Origin: Candidatus Marinacidobacterales bacterium | GTDB taxonomy: Bacteria; Acidobacteriota; Vicinamibacteria; Marinacidobacterales; SMYC01 | Length of the DNA: 64,000 nt | NCBI GenBank assembly: GCA_965237955.1 | Contig: OZ250169.1 | Location: forward strand, 7,264,001 to 7,328,000 | Reading direction: 5' to 3' | In this document: positions 48,132-60,202 of the stretch, in pieces | Position numbering within the stretch: the stretch's first letter is position 1 | Layout: each line of letters starts with the position of its first letter | The notes under the pieces: model-generated | What the model saw: only the letters and a program-made list of their open reading frames with translations | What the model was told of the DNA's origin: nothing | Databases searched by the model: none | Program-made: the position numbers and the translations under genes

Positions 48132-49637
48132 TCACAACGTATCGCTTCGCGATCTCCGCGTGCCATAGACGAATCGCTCCATCGCGCAGTGGATACGCCA
48201 CACCGTCTCCGCGGAGGGCGGTTTCGTGAAACGCGACACCGCGGTGGCAACCATCCAGTTGAGCGCAAGAGACCAGACGGCACCGTGGACGCCGAAGGGT
48301 TGCGGTTGGATGACGAGCGTCCAGAATAGGCAGGCGAGTCCAGCCCCGAGCCCGGCCAAGACGCCGACTCGGGTCAAGAGGTGCTTCGAGGGAAAGCAGA
48401 CGTTTACCACACTAGGGGCGAGTTGCAGTGTGCCCGAGCCCGAAAGCGAGACGAGCACGACGAGAGCCTCGAACGTATTGATCGCGAGCACGTAACCGAT
48501 GACGAGAAGCGCCAGGACTACGAGACGACCGACGCGCACGTAGTGCGCGGGGCTCGCTTCGGGGCGCACGTAGCGCTGATAGATGTCGCGCGTCAGCACG
48601 GTCATGTTCGCGTGCAAGATCGAATCGAGCGTGGACATGGCGGCGGCGACCGCGCCTGCGAGGATGACTCCCGTGAGCCACGGCGGCGCGTAGCGAAACA
48701 AGAGCTCCGGGAATATCTGGTCGGGAATGGCGAGATCGGGTAGCACGAGCGCGCCCCCGAGACCAATGAGGGCCGTCGGGATATAGAGCGTCATCAAGTA
48801 AATCGGCGTCGTCGCGCCGAGCAAGCGGATCGTGCGATCGGAAGCCGCCGTGTAATAGCGGAGCATCATCTGCGGCATGAAGAGAACGCCGCAGAGCGAG
48901 ATCATCATGCCGAACCACATGCCGGGCGTGAAGAAGCCTTTTGGTCCCGGCAGCGTCAGTAGATCGGGCCGCTCGATGGCGATGCGGCGCCAGAGCTCGA
49001 ATGGTCCACCAAAAAGCTCGAAGGCGAGCACGAGCGCGCCGACCCAAATGGCCACGTACATCCATACTCCTTGAACGACATCGGTCCAATAGACCGCGCG
49101 CAAGCCTCCGGCCGCGAGATAGATCGCCGCCACGACGAGAAGGATGAGCGTCCCGGCTTCGTAAGGAATGCGTTCGCCCGAGGCGACCGAGATGATATAG
49201 CCGAGCCCTTGAGCCTGGACCTGTATATAAAGGATAGTGAAGAGCACCGAGACGAGCGCCACCACGATCCTGACGGCCTCGCTCTCGTAGAAGTCCGCGA
49301 GCAAGTCGGCCGGCGTCACGTAGCCGAATCTCTTGCCGAGCGCCCAGATCCGGGTGCCGAGCACGTAGCTGAAGGCGCCGACGAGGATCGTCCACGTCCC
49401 CGCGTCCCAAAAACCGATCCCGTGTGTATAGAAGAAGCCGCTCGAGCCCAGAAAGGCGAACGCGGAGTGATAGGTCGCCACGACCGTCAGATAGAGAACG
49501 CCGAAACCAGCTTTGCGGCCATAGAGAAAGAAATCTTCGAGATCGATCGTTAGACGGCGGTTGGCGACGAAGCCGAGCACGAGGGTGACGAGGACGTAGA
49601 GAAAGATGAGCCCAGTCGCGATGACCCACGGCTCCAC
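48132..49637 (-). CDS. Sodium:solute symporter family protein
   Basis: DFFLYGRK, SAFAFLG, GYVTPAD, GGLRAVYWTDVVQG, AAAMSTLDS. Confidence 0.92.
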   Translation of the reverse strand: MEPWVIATGLIFLYVLVTLVLGFVANRRLTIDLEDFFLYGRKAGFGVLYLTVVATYHSAFAFLGSSGFFYTHGIGFWDAGTWTILVGAFSYVLGTRIWALGKRFGYVTPADLLADFYESEAVRIVVALVSVLFTILYIQVQAQGLGYIISVASGERIPYEAGTLILLVVAAIYLAAGGLRAVYWTDVVQGVWMYVAIWVGALVLAFELFGGPFELWRRIAIERPDLLTLPGPKGFFTPGMWFGMMISLCGVLFMPQMMLRYYTAASDRTIRLLGATTPIYLMTLYIPTALIGLGGALVLPDLAIPDQIFPELLFRYAPPWLTGVILAGAVAAAMSTLDSILHANMTVLTRDIYQRYVRPEASPAHYVRVGRLVVLALLVIGYVLAINTFEALVVLVSLSGSGTLQLAPSVVNVCFPSKHLLTRVGVLAGLGAGLACLFWTLVIQPQPFGVHGAVWSLALNWMVATAVSRFTKPPSAETVWRIHCAMERFVYGTRRSRSDTL

Positions 49638-49874
49638 CTAGACGTCCCGGCGATGCATCCAGAGAAGCACCGCGATGAGCGCGGTGTAGACGGCGAGGAG
49701 GTACGTGTAGAGAAAAGGCATCCCGAGCACGAAGGGCTCGATGCGGTTAACGAGAAGCAGAATGGGCGGCTCTGCGAGCGCGAAAAGAATCACGAAGAGC
49801 AAGAGCCCGCGTCGCCCCGCGGTGGTTCTGGGAACGAAGTGCGACGCGAAGCGAGGGTAGTCTCGGCGGGCCAC
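49638..49874 (-). CDS. Small two-TM partner of the symporter (DUF3311/DUF997-like)
   Basis: NRIEPFVLGMPFLY; abuts the symporter start. Confidence 0.8.
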   Translation of the reverse strand: MARRDYPRFASHFVPRTTAGRRGLLLFVILFALAEPPILLLVNRIEPFVLGMPFLYTYLLAVYTALIAVLLWMHRRDV

Positions 49875-50494
49875 GATGCCCGCATTCTAAACGAAGACGC
49901 GCGTGCTCAGCTACTGATTGGTTTCGTGACGACGTGGAGTGGGTGGTTGATGCTGTCGAAGAGGGGATCGACTTCCGCGCGGCGTCGCGCGTCGGCCATT
50001 CCGATCTTGGTGTGAATCGTCGCCGGATGCACAAACTCATTCGTTTGTCTCACGCACGACGGAAAAATCTTCTTGATTCGAAGAGGAGGAATGAAAAAAG
50101 AGGCTGCGGGGCATTTCTGTTTGCCGAATGCGGTTTACGTGGGGGATTGCGCCAACGATTTCATGAAGATGCGGTACACCGTTATGAAACAGCCGTCCCA
50201 ATGACCGTCGCGCGCACCTGAAGGGGAAAAATGCCGGCTCCGAACTGCTCCATTTTGGTAAAGTGGAATAAGACCTACGAATATTTAGCGAAAGTATGTG
50301 GGTAATATCCTACGATTCGGGATCTGGTAGATACCGTAACTCGTTAACTCCGAACAAGATCCTGAAATTCCCTCTTGACAGATATGGGAAAAAATCGTAC
50401 GTTAACGGTACCCAACCTCCCTACGATCAAGATCACAGAATCGAGATCGTTGAACACAGACTTCCCCCAAAGTCTCCTGTTTCGGAGGAACGAG

Positions 50495-51205
50495 ATGCAC
50501 GTATTCGAGTCCCCGCAAGCCGCCAAAGGTGCCGAGGCAAGTAGACCAGGCCCTGATCTTCTTCATGTCGTCTGTTTTTCTACTTATGTTTCCGAACGTA
50601 CTCAGCAGACGAACCGCCATCATGACGTGCGAAATTTCCTGCTCGCACTGCGAGGCGAGGAGGTCGAAGGGGAATCGAAGATTCCCGTGCGTGCGGAAGA
50701 GCGTACGCTCACGAGCCACAACGCGAACGATTCCATCGACTGGTTCGGTGAAATGGTGACCGCGTACCTGGAGACGTGTCATATCCAGCCGCCGTTCAGC
50801 CTGGTGCCGGTACCGACGTCGAAGACGACGCTCGACTTGAGCGCTGGCCCATGGACGTCGCTCCTCGCGATCTCGATCGCCTCGAACGGGCTCGACGACG
50901 TGTCGATTCTGGACGTGTTGCGATGGAATCAGCCCCTCGAGCCACCGAGTCAGCGTGACCAGACCGTCTCGGAGCTCTACGAGAACCTAGCGATCCTCCA
51001 GCCGTTGCCGGAGGGAAGTCCGGTCATTCTAGTGGACTACCTGTTCACCAGCAGCGCAACGCTGCGAGCGTGTGCGGCGAGGCTGCGGCACCACGGTGCG
51101 CGGGTGCTTCTCGGCCTGTGCGCGGGTCGAACCGCGACCAAGTCGAGCCACGATCCATTTACGGTCGTGACCGGCGGGCTTCACCGGTACGACCCGGGGC
51201 ATTAG
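50495..51205 (+). CDS. ComF/PRTase-like protein with degenerate PRPP motif
   Basis: LVPVPTS, ILVDYLFTSSATLRACAARL..GLCAGRT; GGAGG RBS before 50495. Confidence 0.6.
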   Translation: MHVFESPQAAKGAEASRPGPDLLHVVCFSTYVSERTQQTNRHHDVRNFLLALRGEEVEGESKIPVRAEERTLTSHNANDSIDWFGEMVTAYLETCHIQPPFSLVPVPTSKTTLDLSAGPWTSLLAISIASNGLDDVSILDVLRWNQPLEPPSQRDQTVSELYENLAILQPLPEGSPVILVDYLFTSSATLRACAARLRHHGARVLLGLCAGRTATKSSHDPFTVVTGGLHRYDPGH

Positions 51206-51591
51206 GGAACAAGCTGAAAAATACCGCTCGACAACAGATCGCGAACGGTCTCTTCGGAGTCGATTGCGAAGGTCAGTCCAGTGAGATAACCGACGATCTC
51301 CTTGACCGGCTCCAATCGCGCTGCACACCAGATGACGCGGGCCGCCACGTTCATGTGCTCCGCCCGACCGCCTGCGATCGTGAGGCGCACATCGGTGTCT
51401 TTCGGCAGGCCCAGGTTGGTGATGACGCACGCCCCCGACTCGGACATATTGGAAATAACCCCGAAGACCGGCCTTTTGGAAGAAACGCTCGGTCCCTCGA
51501 GGCGAACCGGTATTGTTTCGAGCGGCAGAAAACGAGGCGCTGGCGTTGTCGTCGGCTCTTCCTTCGCCGTGACTTCTTCAATCGTGGGCAC
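51202..51591 (-). CDS. PilZ-like domain protein
   Basis: APRF, NMSESGAC, ARVIW, GLTF. Confidence 0.7.
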   Translation of the reverse strand: MPTIEEVTAKEEPTTTPAPRFLPLETIPVRLEGPSVSSKRPVFGVISNMSESGACVITNLGLPKDTDVRLTIAGGRAEHMNVAARVIWCAARLEPVKEIVGYLTGLTFAIDSEETVRDLLSSGIFQLVP

Positions 51592-51752
51592 GTGATCTCC
51601 TGATTCGAGCCGGTATCGCGCTCGAACGGGAAAAGTTGCCTATGTGGGGAGGGGCCAGGATCCTTCCCATCCAGTGTGCCTAACGGGATTGCCCACGTCA
51701 AACCCGAGTCCATCAGTTGATTTCCTGGCCCGCTCACTGCTAGCCTTTCCAC

Positions 51753-52127
51753 ATGCGTTCCAAAACGGCTTTCCGGACTTTGTGCACATTCACCTTGGGC
51801 CTCGTTTTCCTGACCTCCTGTTCGGAGAGTAAGAAAGACCCTCCGGCTCGCGAGCACGTGGAGCCCCTTCTGCAACAGGAGGCGGATACCATGAAGCGTG
51901 AAGGCGAGTCCGACGTCAACCCATCGCTCGGCGTCACCATCACGTGGACGGTTCAATCCGTCGCCATTCGCGAGCAGCTCGAAAACGAAGCCGAGCCATG
52001 GGCGGGAACGATTCGGTTCGTCATCGAGAGCGAGATGCCCGAGCTCGACGGCACCGCGACGGAGCGATTCGAGCGGAGCTACGACTACGTGTGGGAGCTC
52101 GAGCACGAGCGCTGGGTGATGCGTTAG
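51753..52127 (+). CDS. Hypothetical lipoprotein
   Basis: Lipobox LTSC. Confidence 0.7.
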   Translation: MRSKTAFRTLCTFTLGLVFLTSCSESKKDPPAREHVEPLLQQEADTMKREGESDVNPSLGVTITWTVQSVAIREQLENEAEPWAGTIRFVIESEMPELDGTATERFERSYDYVWELEHERWVMR

Positions 52128-52316
52128 TCTGGACTGCAGTTCGGTATACGGCATACGGCATACGGGTCAAACCAGGCCCTGCCTCTCGAAGGCTCGTAGC
52201 GGCGATGGGGCGCTGTCGCCTGCGGGCGGCACGGCCTGAGGTGAACCGTATACCGATGGCCCGATGCCGAATGACGATTCAACCCCTATAATTGAAGCAA
52301 CCCTGAAAACTCGACC

Positions 52317-53834
52317 ATGAAATCTGTCACTACGCTTTTCCTCGGCGCCACCATCGTGTCTTCGATGCTCGCGAGTGCCGAGGAAACCAAAACCTCGCCA
52401 CAACAACCGCAGGCCGGTGAATCCGTCATTCTGTTCCTGCTCGACAATTCAGCGAGCCTACCGCCTCTCGATCCCGACACCAAGCGTCGCGACGCTATCG
52501 AGAAAATCTATTCGTTCTTGAAAGGACAGCCTTACCGCCTCATCCTGTTCGGCGGCCGCAACGAGATCTACGTCGACGCGCCGCAGCACTACCGCAACGC
52601 CGGGAAATGGACCGACTTCTTCTTTGCATTCCAGGCGGTGCGCGAAGTCGCCGCGGAGTATCCCGACGATACCGACCTCAAAGTGGTGCTGATCACCGAC
52701 GGGATGATCGACCCGTCGCCTCGAGAATGGCGTGACCAATCGATTCCTAAAGGTGTGGACTTGAGGGCGGAAGCGGGTTCTCGAACGGTGCGGCTGCTGG
52801 AGAATCTACGACTCCCTCTCTACGTGATCCTCATTGGCGAGGAAGTGGACTACGAGTTGATCCAGAGAATGGTGGTCGGTGCGAACGGCTCGATCGCGGC
52901 GAGCGATTACGCTCAAGGCATCGCCGATTTTTTCGACGACGACGGAGTTCTCTTGCGTCGATTCATCTTTCGCCTCGAAGCGGAAGAAGGTCTCGAAGAG
53001 ATCGAGCCGATCGTCACCCGCATCGCGACCCCGCCTGCACCGAGAGTGGAGTTCGGGATTGCGGGCGTACTGTTCGGCGTGATCGCCCTTCTGGTCGGCG
53101 CCGGCGTCCGTTCGTTCCCCGGCTCCGGCGACCGTGAGATCGTCGAGCTGAGTACGGGAAACTCGCTCCAGGTTGCCGTCGACCGACTGCGCCGGGTGGC
53201 GGATGGTCCGAAATGGAGCTGGAAAGGCCTGTCGCTCGTCGAGTCTTCGAAACAGGCAGCGGCGATGCTGACGGCGAAGGAGCACTCGACCGAGCTCCCG
53301 CCGATGGGGTTCGATATCGATGGCACCGATGAAATCGCTCGCTCACTCATCGAGCTTCCTCTCGACGATCTTCGTGAGGGTATCGAGTATCTCTCGAAGG
53401 AAGGGAGCAAGGACGAACAGATCTACGCCCTCAACCTCGAATACGTTGCCCGCGACATGGAAGAGGCTTTGGTGGAGCGGCTCATTACAGCTGCGCCAGC
53501 CGAGCGGTCGAAGTTCGGCGCGCTCGACTTCCTGCGCGCGAAGGTCCACCTTCTCCACAACGACAAGCTCAACAAGAAGCTCACCGGGCCCACGATCGAC
53601 TGCAAGATCTATGGAGTGAACGCCCAGGAGTACGAGCTCCGTTACGGCAGCAAGGTCAAGCTCGGCCGCTACGAGTTCCGCGTCGACGAGCTCGGGATGG
53701 GCGGCCGCAAGGATGTGAAGCTCGGCCTTACCTACGAAAACGTCCCCTCGCCGCTTTTTCTCAAACGCTTCATCCCAGGAAAGATTCAGCGAGCGCTCCG
53801 CCTACGGCGGAGTCATGAGCGCATCGTCCGTTAG
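52317..53834 (+). CDS. VWA-domain single-pass membrane protein
   Basis: Signal peptide, LLDNSAS (MIDAS), VLITDG, TM helix near aa 247-265. Confidence 0.75.
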   Translation: MKSVTTLFLGATIVSSMLASAEETKTSPQQPQAGESVILFLLDNSASLPPLDPDTKRRDAIEKIYSFLKGQPYRLILFGGRNEIYVDAPQHYRNAGKWTDFFFAFQAVREVAAEYPDDTDLKVVLITDGMIDPSPREWRDQSIPKGVDLRAEAGSRTVRLLENLRLPLYVILIGEEVDYELIQRMVVGANGSIAASDYAQGIADFFDDDGVLLRRFIFRLEAEEGLEEIEPIVTRIATPPAPRVEFGIAGVLFGVIALLVGAGVRSFPGSGDREIVELSTGNSLQVAVDRLRRVADGPKWSWKGLSLVESSKQAAAMLTAKEHSTELPPMGFDIDGTDEIARSLIELPLDDLREGIEYLSKEGSKDEQIYALNLEYVARDMEEALVERLITAAPAERSKFGALDFLRAKVHLLHNDKLNKKLTGPTIDCKIYGVNAQEYELRYGSKVKLGRYEFRVDELGMGGRKDVKLGLTYENVPSPLFLKRFIPGKIQRALRLRRSHERIVR

Positions 53835-53862
53835 TCTGCCAAGGACGAAGAAAACCCGTAGA

Positions 53863-54513
53863 ATGCTGCCGGAGGACCACAGGTTGAACGGATCAAAGAT
53901 TCAAGCAGCACCGAATGGACCTTACCTCGTACATAACTCGCCGCCATTGAAGAATTCCAAAGGCGGCGATCTCGCGACCCGAGAGGTCACCGCGCTCTGC
54001 CGCTGCGGAAAGTCCGACAATAAACCGTATTGCGACGGCGCGCATGCGAAAGTCGGGTTTTCTTCGGAACGCGAAGCAGATGGATCGAACGACACGTGGG
54101 ACGTGTACGCCGGAAAGGCGATCACCCTCCATGACAACCGGGGTGTCTGCGCGCATTCAGCGATATGCACAGGAGGACTGAGCTCCGTGTTCAAGTACGG
54201 TGAAGAGCCGTGGATCGATGCGGACGGTGCGGACGTCGCGGCGATCGAAAAACAAGTCGCGGCCTGCCCGTCAGGCGCGCTGAAGTATACCGCCGGCGGT
54301 ACCGAGCACGGCGATTTCGGAAACGACCCCCTCATCTACGTTGCGAAAAACGGCCCGTACGCGGTGAAGGGCGGTGTGGAGCTCGAGGACTCGGTGACGG
54401 GACAGGTACCGAAGTCGAGAGACCACTACACGCTCTGCCGCTGTGGCGGCTCGAAGAACAAACCCTTTTGCGACGGGACGCATTGGCAGGGTTTCACCGA
54501 CGACAAAAACTAG
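53863..54513 (+). CDS. CDGSH iron-sulfur domain protein (two CDGSH domains plus a divergent 4Fe-4S domain)
   Basis: LCRCGKSDNKPYCDGAH, CAHSAIC..CPSGAL, LCRCGGSKNKPFCDGTH. Confidence 0.9.
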   Translation: MLPEDHRLNGSKIQAAPNGPYLVHNSPPLKNSKGGDLATREVTALCRCGKSDNKPYCDGAHAKVGFSSEREADGSNDTWDVYAGKAITLHDNRGVCAHSAICTGGLSSVFKYGEEPWIDADGADVAAIEKQVAACPSGALKYTAGGTEHGDFGNDPLIYVAKNGPYAVKGGVELEDSVTGQVPKSRDHYTLCRCGGSKNKPFCDGTHWQGFTDDKN

Positions 54514-54692
54514 CCCCGCTCGAATACGATCTGCTCGAGCGCACTTCGCCCGAGCGCTACGTCGCTTTCGTCCCTGGCGTCGATGAGCACGCCGTCAGGC
54601 GCTTTCGTTCCTACGCGCGCCGCGTCGGGAAAACTGACGAAGTCCTGCATATCGCCGTCGAGAGGAAAATGCTTGTAGTTGTACTCGGCCAT
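54510..54692 (-). pseudogene. N-terminal remnant of a deiodinase/redoxin-like protein
   Basis: YNYKHF..VGTKAPDGVL; truncated. Confidence 0.45.
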
Positions 54693-54718
54693 GGTGCGGA
54701 TCTATAGCACGAAACCGA

Positions 54719-56548
54719 TCAGCTCGAGCCGCGGAGGAGCTCGAGGAACGTAACCCCGTACTTCTCGAGCTTGGCGGCGCCGACGCCGCCGACTTCGGCA
54801 AGCGCGGCGAGAGTCTGCGGTCGCTCGCGAGCCATCTCGACGAGAGTTCGATCGTGGAAAATCACGTAAGGGGGTACGCTTTGCGCGAGCGCAAGGGCGA
54901 GGCGTTTTTGCCGCAGCAATTCGAATAGCTCTTGCTCTCGAGCGGATGTCAGCACGATGTCGACGGTAGAACCGGTGCTCGATTTCGATTTACCTCTTTG
55001 ACTTTTGACCGGCGTCGGATCCAGGCGAAGACGGAAGCTCTGGTCGCCCTTCAGCAGAGGCCACGCTCGCTCGGGAAGACATAGACCGCCGTGCTCTGGC
55101 TCGACATCGAGCATGCCGGCCGCAATCAACTGGCGGTAGACGCTCATCCATCCGTTCCGGTTCATCTCGCGTCCGATGCCGAACGTGGAGATACGAGTGT
55201 GTCCGTTTCTCGCGACGCGCGCGTCGGACGCGCCGACGAGGACGTCTGCGAGATACGCCGCGCCGAATCGTTGGCCGGTGCGGTAGACGTTCGACAGCGC
55301 TTTTTGCGCTTCGGTCGTACCATCGAACGATTCGACCGGGTTGGTGCACGTGTCGCAATTCCCGCACGCTCCGGGGTGGTCTTCGCCGAAGTAGCGCAAG
55401 ACCACCGCGCGGCGGCACTCGGCACTCTCGCAATAGCCAAGAAGAGCGTTCAGCTTGAGATGCTCGATGCGCTTGCGCTCGGCGGGCGCGTCGGATCGCT
55501 CGACCAATTGCCGGATCAAAACCGCGTCGCCGTAGCCGTACGTCATCCACGCATCGGATGGAAGGCCGTCGCGACCCGCGCGCCCGGTCTCCTGGTAGTA
55601 GGCTTCGAGGCTCTTGGGTACATCGAGGTGCGCGACGAAGCGCACGTCGGGCTTGTCGATACCCATCCCGAACGCGATGGTTGCCACGACCACGACTCCG
55701 GCTTCGTTCGAGAACCGCTTTTGGTACGCTTGGCGCACGGCTTTGTCCAGACCCGCGTGGTACGGGAGCGCCGATACCCCCTCACGGACGAGCCATTCGG
55801 CCGTTTGCTCGACTTTTTTGCGGCTCATGCAATAGACGATGCCGCTCTCACCACTGTGCCGGGAGCGAATGAATCTCAGTAGTTGCTGCCGTGCGCTCGC
55901 CTTGGGTACGACCTCGTAGCGGAGGTTGGGCCGGTCGAAGCCGGAGATGAACACGTCTTCCTCGGAAAGGTCGAGATGCGTCAAAATCTCGCTCCTCGTG
56001 GGAGCATCGGCGGTCGCGGTCAGTGCGATCCGCGGTACGTCGGGATAGCGCTGGTGCAAGACGTCGAGCTTTCGATACTCCGGCCGGAAATCGTGCCCCC
56101 ACTGGCTGACACAGTGCGCCTCGTCGATAGCGAAAAGCGCTAATCGGCAATCATCCAAGCGTTCCAGAAACGCATTTCTCGCCAATCGCTCGGGAGCGAC
56201 GTAGATGAGATCGTATCGCCCTTGGACCATGCCGTCTTCGACTCGCCGGGCCAGGTGCGGTTCGAGGGTCGAGTTGACGAACGCCGCCCGAACGCCGGCC
56301 TCGGTGAGAGCAGCGACCTGATCCTGCATCAGCGCGATGAGCGGCGAAATGACGACGCCCACGCCCTCGCGCGCGATGGCCGGGATCTGATAGCACAGAC
56401 TCTTGCCTCCGCCGGTCGGCATCAATACGAGGGCGTCGCCGCCGCCGACGACACGGGTGATGATGCGTTCTTGCTGGCCCCGGAAGCTCCGATACCCGAA
56501 GACGTTTCCCAGGATCTCGGTCGGGACCCGGCTCACCGTTTCGTTCAA
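54719..56548 (-). CDS. recQ: ATP-dependent DNA helicase RecQ
   Basis: [49 protein letters not shown] Cys cluster, [12 protein letters not shown]. Confidence 0.96.
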   Translation of the reverse strand: MNETVSRVPTEILGNVFGYRSFRGQQERIITRVVGGGDALVLMPTGGGKSLCYQIPAIAREGVGVVISPLIALMQDQVAALTEAGVRAAFVNSTLEPHLARRVEDGMVQGRYDLIYVAPERLARNAFLERLDDCRLALFAIDEAHCVSQWGHDFRPEYRKLDVLHQRYPDVPRIALTATADAPTRSEILTHLDLSEEDVFISGFDRPNLRYEVVPKASARQQLLRFIRSRHSGESGIVYCMSRKKVEQTAEWLVREGVSALPYHAGLDKAVRQAYQKRFSNEAGVVVVATIAFGMGIDKPDVRFVAHLDVPKSLEAYYQETGRAGRDGLPSDAWMTYGYGDAVLIRQLVERSDAPAERKRIEHLKLNALLGYCESAECRRAVVLRYFGEDHPGACGNCDTCTNPVESFDGTTEAQKALSNVYRTGQRFGAAYLADVLVGASDARVARNGHTRISTFGIGREMNRNGWMSVYRQLIAAGMLDVEPEHGGLCLPERAWPLLKGDQSFRLRLDPTPVKSQRGKSKSSTGSTVDIVLTSAREQELFELLRQKRLALALAQSVPPYVIFHDRTLVEMARERPQTLAALAEVGGVGAAKLEKYGVTFLELLRGSS

Positions 56549-56647
56549 ATCGCCTCCATTTCGATGCAATGATACCGCGCAACTATAAGCCTTCGGCAAA
56601 GTGCGCAGTTGTTCGGGGCCTTGTGAAACGGGGACGGGCAGGGGGGC

Positions 56648-59600
56648 TTACGAGCCTCGGGGTTGCCACCGAACTTCCGCAAGGTAGTCAGCGAGCTCGT
56701 TCGCGACGCGCTTGACGTCATCCGCTTGCGATCGTGACGCTGCATGTTAGAGAGACGCTCCATGAGAGCTGATGATCTCGAACCCGTAACCTTTGCCGGT
56801 CCCTTTCATGTTGTGTCCGATACGGCGGACCGACTCGATATCGCGCTGGTTGACGAGCTCCAGCACGAGCGTGGCGTTTTTTTGCTGGTTCTCCAGAAAA
56901 CGCGCCACCAGATCCTGGATGTCGGGATCCACGATCACGACCCCGGCCGGCGCGTCGGTGGCCTCAGGCTCGGCGACGTCTTCGACGTCTTCATCGACCC
57001 GGAGCTTCACGTGCTTTGCGACGATAGCGTTCAGGGTCTTGCGCACGAGTGGTTTCTGGATCACGGTCGTACACCCCGCCTCGGTACAACGTGCGAGCTC
57101 CCGAGTGTCGCTGTGGGCCGTCATTGCGATGATCGGAACCGCGTCACCGTCGGGAAGCGAGCGAATCGTCCGCGCGGTCTCGAAACCGTTCAGTACGGGC
57201 ATCTCCATGTCCAGAAGCACGAGCGAAACGTCCTGCCGTTCGAAGGTGTCGAGGGCTTCACGGCCGTTGTTCGCGAACATGAGTCGATAGTCGCCCCCGA
57301 GCATCAAGAAGCGTTTCACGATGAGCCGATTCTCGGGGGCGTCGTCGGCGACGAGGACCAGTGGACGGCGATCGACCCATTGGTCTACGACGGCGAGGAA
57401 GCGATCCTTCTTGAACGGCTTCGAGACGTAGTCGTCCATACCGGCGTCGAGGCACCGGTCGCGGAAACCTTCGGTCGCGTGCGCGGTCAGCGCGACGATC
57501 GGGACCCGATTGGGCGCCACTTCACGAGCTCGGATTTCCTCGGTCGCCTGAAACCCGTCCATCACCGGCATCCATCAGGTCCATGATGATGAGGTCGTAC
57601 AGTGTTTGTCCGGCCATCGTCACCGCCTCGCGCCCGTTTTCGGCAGTGTCGACACGCGCCCCCGAGTTTTCGAGCACCCGCTCAGCGAGCTTCTGGTTGT
57701 CGCGGTTGTCCTCCACGAGCAGGATGCGAAACGGCGCCGTGTCCTCTACATCTTGCGCGCTCGGAGCCGGCTCGCTCACGGCGGTATCGAGACTCTGGGC
57801 GCGTAACCCGAGAGCACGAACCACGGTTTCGGCGAGCCGCCGCTGGCGAATCGGCTTCACCACGAGGTGTGGGCATGTCTCGGTGAGAACGGTCGATGAG
57901 CTCGCACCGATCGAAGCCAGGAGCAACAGCTCACGAAGAGGTGGTTGGCGGAGCTTTTTGAGTGTGTCCAAGTCGATTTGTTGCGGGCGGTGCTCGAGAA
58001 CCGTCAGCGTTTGTCGAGCGCCCGCCGCCGCGAGCTTCGCATGGAGCTCGTCGAGCGAGCTGACGAGCTCGACCTCGAGCCCCCAGGCGATGAAGAGACG
58101 CGCGAGCGTGCGCCGGCGCTTTTCCTGTTCGACCCAGAGGAGAATCTTCGCCTTGGCATCGGCCAACTGGGCGCGATGGCGCGCCGAGTTGGGCTCCGTG
58201 TCCGAGGGCGATTCGGTCGAGATGCTCACCCGGAACGTGCTGCCTTTGCCCTCGTCGCTGGTGAAATCGATGCGGCCGCCCATGAGATCGACGAGCGATC
58301 GCGAGATGTTGAGCCCGAGCCCGGTGCCGCCGAACTTGCGCGTCGTCGAGCTCTCCGCCTGGTAGAACTTCGAGAACAGCTTTTCCTGTTTGTCTTTGGG
58401 AATGCCGACGCCGGTGTCGGTCACGACGAAGACGAGGTCGACGCGATCCCCGGGCTTCCAGTCTTCGACTTCGACGGAAAACTGCACCGAGCCCTGTTCG
58501 GTGAACTTGACGGCGTTGCCCACGAGGTTGAGGAGGACTTGTCTCACCCGCTTCGGGTCACCGACGATCTCCATCGGCAAGTGTGGGTCGACGTCGAGGA
58601 CTAGCTCGACGTCCTTGGAGGCGGCGCGAACGTTCAAGGATTCGGCGACTTCGTCGGCGAGCTCACGCGGATCGAACGGGATCTGTTCGAGATCCATTCG
58701 GTTGGCTTCGATCTTGGATAAATCGAGAACGTCGTCGATGAGCCTCAGGAGGTTTTCGGAGTTCGACTGGATAGTTCTGAGGAACTCGTGTTGCTCGGCG
58801 CTCAGTTTCGTATCGAGCGACAGCTCGGTCATACCGAGAATCGCATTGAGCGGCGTTCTCAGCTCGTGGCTCATCATCGCGAGAAAGCTGCTCTTGGCGG
58901 CGTTCGCTTTTTCGGCTTCGAATTTGGCGTTGAGGATCTCGGATTCGGCGCGCTTGCGTTCGGTGACGTCTCGGTACTGCCACAGGTGGGCCCGGTAGTT
59001 TTGGTTCACGATGGGAACGAAGTCGCGGGCGAAGACGCGACCATCGGCGAGAGTCAGCTCTTCATTGCGAACCAATGTGTGCGACGAGAGAATGTTCTCG
59101 ACGCGCCTCAGGAAGTCGTCGGGCGCGGGGAACATGTCCTTGCACTGGTCGAGCAACGTCCGTGAGTCGGCACCGGCGAGCGCTGACGGAGGGACGGGAA
59201 TGTCGAGCATCTGACAGAGCGTCTGGTTCGCGAGTACGACGCGGCGATCGTCATCTTCGAACAGGATGCCGACTTGCAGGTTTTGGAGCAGACCTTCGAG
59301 CCGTGCCGTCGTCGCGATGATGGCATCTTCCGCTTGTTTCCTCTCCGAGATTTCGCGTGCAAAAACACAGTGGTACTCCTGGCCGCGGAAGCTCAGGAAA
59401 CTGATGGTCACTTCCACGGGGAAGCTGCGACCGTCTTTCGTGCGATAGATCGTTTCCGTCGTGAATCGCTCGAGCGCTTTGACCTGCTCCCAGTGCGCGG
59501 GCCATTCGCTGCGGTCGAGCGTGATGTCGACGTCGTAGATCGAGATTGATAGGAGCTCGTCTCGGGTATAGCCGAGATCGTCGCACGCTGCGTCGTTCAC

Positions 59601-60179
59601 GTAGCGAAGTCGCCCGTCGGAAGCGATCCAGAACACCGAGTCCGCCGCCTTGTCGACCGAGAACTGTGTCAGCTTCAGCGTCTCTTCGAGACGCTTCATC
59701 TCGGTGATGTCCTGCGCGTGACCGACTACGCATGGTTCCTGCCCTGGCTCCTTCAGCCGTGAGTTGTGAAACGCCCAGGTGCGAGCCTCGCCGTCGCGCC
59801 GGCGGACGGTGATGACACCACTCACCGTAGGCTCGTTCGCAACCTTTTCGAGGTAGTCTTCGAACCGCGTGCGCTGGCGAGGCTCGAGGAACTCGCTGAG
59901 GTTCCTTCCAACCATTTCTTCCTGGCGGTAGCCGAGGTTTTTCGCAGCCGATTGATTTACCGAGAGGAGCACTCCGTTGAGGTCGTGACTGCAGATGAAC
60001 GCGCCGCTCGACTCCATGAGCTGGCGATAGCGACGCTCGCTGTCGAGAAGCGCCAGAAGAACTTCAGGTCGAAGCTCGTGCTCTCGGAGTGTGGAGCTAG
60101 GGTTGGCGAAGACGCGTTGGAGCTCGCGAATGCGCGCCTCGACCTCGCGCTCACGCGGGAGAGAAGGTGTCTTGCTCAC
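56648..60179 (-). pseudogene. Hybrid sensor kinase (3 PAS, HisKA/HATPase, 2 REC, Hpt) with frameshift and premature stop
   Basis: MSHELRTPLN, NLVGNAVKFT, GGTGLGL; extra G at ATGGACCTGATGGATGCCG (~57572); in-frame TAA at 56747 within Hpt, frame continues to 56648. Confidence 0.85.
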
Positions 60180-60202
60180 GGTGTCCTACCCCGTCCTCGG
60201 GG

